A stretch of DNA of 32,000 nt, from assembly GCA_017475605.1 (NCBI GenBank), contig JAFVFD010000002.1, forward strand, positions 199,432 through 231,431, given 5' to 3'. The DNA comes from Alphaproteobacteria bacterium. GTDB taxonomy: Bacteria; Pseudomonadota; Alphaproteobacteria; Rs-D84. The translations under genes were made by a program, and so were the position numbers. Under the pieces are notes generated by a model. The model saw only the letters and a program-made list of their open reading frames with translations. It ran no database searches and was not told the origin of the DNA. How positions within the stretch are numbered: position 1 is the stretch's first letter; every line of letters starts with the position of its first letter. Positions 31,388-32,000 of the stretch are shown piece after piece.

Positions 31388-31417
31388 ATATATAGTGTCA
31401 TTTTTTCCCCTTTCAAG
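31388..31417 (-). promoter_or_regulatory. heat-shock (RpoH/sigma32)-like promoter upstream of clpB; a sigma70 reading is also possible
   Basis: The minus strand reads CTTGAAA (31417-31411), a 15-nt spacer, then CTATATAT (31395-31388). The same DNA also reads as TTGAAA-N16-TATATA. Confidence 0.45.
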
Positions 31418-31468
31418 ACACAGGAATCAAACCCCCGAAAATAAAAATACAAAAAGTAAAAACATTTC

Positions 31469-31495
31469 TTGACTTTTCGCGATTTTTGTTATAAA
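31469..31495 (+). promoter_or_regulatory. promoter for rpmB (TTGACT, then TG-T-TATAAA extended -10)
   Basis: TTGACT at 31469-31474, and TGTTATAAA at 31487-31495 after a 15-nt spacer to the hexamer. Confidence 0.5.
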
Positions 31496-31524
31496 TTGGG
31501 GCGCAGTTATCAAAGGATTAAGTT

Positions 31525-31899
31525 ATGCCACGTGTATGTAATGTAACAGGTAAGAAAACAGAAGTTGGGATGAATGTTTCCCACTCTATGCGCCATACAA
31601 AACGCACATTCTTGCCGAATTTACAAAAATTAAACTTTCACAGCGATATTTTGAATCGCGACTTTTCATTGCGTATTTCAACGGCCGGTTTGCGTACATT
31701 GACCAAACATGGCGGTTTGGATGGTTATGTAATGGCGAAACCAGTATCGCGTTTGACACCGGAAATGGCGGCAATCAAGAAAGCCATTGAAAAGAAAGCC
31801 GGTAAACCAGCGGCCCCTGCTAAAAAGCCAACACACAAGGCGACACGCAGCGCACGTTTGGTAAAAAAGGTTGAATCCAAGAAAGCGGCCGCGAAATAA
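31525..31899 (+). CDS. rpmB: 50S ribosomal protein L28 with Lys/Ala-rich C-terminal extension
   Basis: MPRVCNVTGKKTEVGMNVSHSMRHTKRTFLPNLQ matches L28. The C-terminal ~45 aa (KKAIEKKAGKPAAPAKKPTHKATRSARLVKKVESKKAAAK) lie beyond the usual family length. Confidence 0.93.
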   Translation: MPRVCNVTGKKTEVGMNVSHSMRHTKRTFLPNLQKLNFHSDILNRDFSLRISTAGLRTLTKHGGLDGYVMAKPVSRLTPEMAAIKKAIEKKAGKPAAPAKKPTHKATRSARLVKKVESKKAAAK

Positions 31900-31918
31900 T
31901 CGCGCCGAATTGGGTTTT

Positions 31919-32000
31919 GGCCCTGTGGCGGAATTGGTAGACGCGCTTGACTCAAAATCAAGTTCCGCAAGGAGTATCGGTTCAAGTCCGATCAGGGCCA
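31919..32000 (+). tRNA. tRNA-Leu (anticodon CAA), type II; window ends at the discriminator base
   Basis: GGCCCTGTGGCGGAATTGGTAGACGCGCTTGACTCAAAATCAAGTTCCGCAAGGAGTATCGGTTCAAGTCCGATCAGGGCCA. The anticodon loop is CTCAAAA, there is a long variable arm, and the acceptor GGCCCTG pairs with CAGGGCC. It starts 19 nt after the rpmB stop. Confidence 0.88.

Noticed and set aside
31388-31417. Firm assignment of the clpB upstream element as an RpoH promoter
   Set aside because: This is only partly rejected. CTTGAAA-N15-CTATATAT fits a heat-shock pattern, but the same bases read as a good sigma70 TTGAAA-N16-TATATA. It is kept as a feature with low confidence rather than as a finding in its own right.
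1-32000. CRISPR arrays, rRNA genes, IS elements and large dispersed repeats
   Set aside because: I saw no regularly spaced direct repeats, rRNA-like sequence or transposase-like ORFs. The only repeated DNA is the terminator stems, the promoter motifs, the tandem-TTGACA element and the intragenic repeats listed elsewhere.

Overview
The window reads as a chromosomal segment of a moderately AT-rich Gram-negative bacterium. It is probably an alphaproteobacterium, judged from alpha-type L28 and S21, CarD/CdnL, lepB-rnc and a BamE-like lipoprotein; this is inference from protein sequence, not a database result. Most of the window is housekeeping: rho, ssb, carD, bamE, a 1168-aa pyruvate:ferredoxin oxidoreductase, secG, rnc, lepB, yifB/comM, a class A PBP, two MsbA-like ABC exporters, an lpxL-like gene, rpsU, rpmB, clpB, two beta-barrel OMPs, tRNA-Ala(UGC) and tRNA-Leu(CAA). 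Transcription signals are unusually legible. There is a recurrent TTTGTGATATAAT extended -10 motif, several clean -35/-10 pairs, and stereotyped GC-stem bidirectional terminators. The main candidate for something new is an AT-rich, plus-strand four-gene insertion at about 10.25-15.74 kb, between PFOR and secG. Its genes are: (1) a 607-aa protein with three tandem RNA polymerase alpha C-terminal-domain-like repeats and a coiled-coil tail; (2) an orphan ClpP-like serine peptidase; (3) a 561-aa protein whose C-terminus looks like a RelE/HigB (addiction module killer) toxin domain behind a Pro/Thr/Gln linker; (4) a 277-aa membrane protein with an Arg-rich tail, a Trp/Cys-rich repeat and TGN repeats. 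The first and last units of the insertion carry the same tandem-TTGACA promoter element. Secondary oddities are a DUF805 membrane protein fused to a metallothionein-like Cys cluster, a ClpB lacking the N-domain, an LpxL-like protein with HX4G in place of HX4(D/E), candidate leaderless mRNAs, and Cys-rich secreted proteins. No CRISPR array, IS element, integrase or rRNA was seen. All domain calls come from motif recognition by eye and need HMM or structure confirmation.
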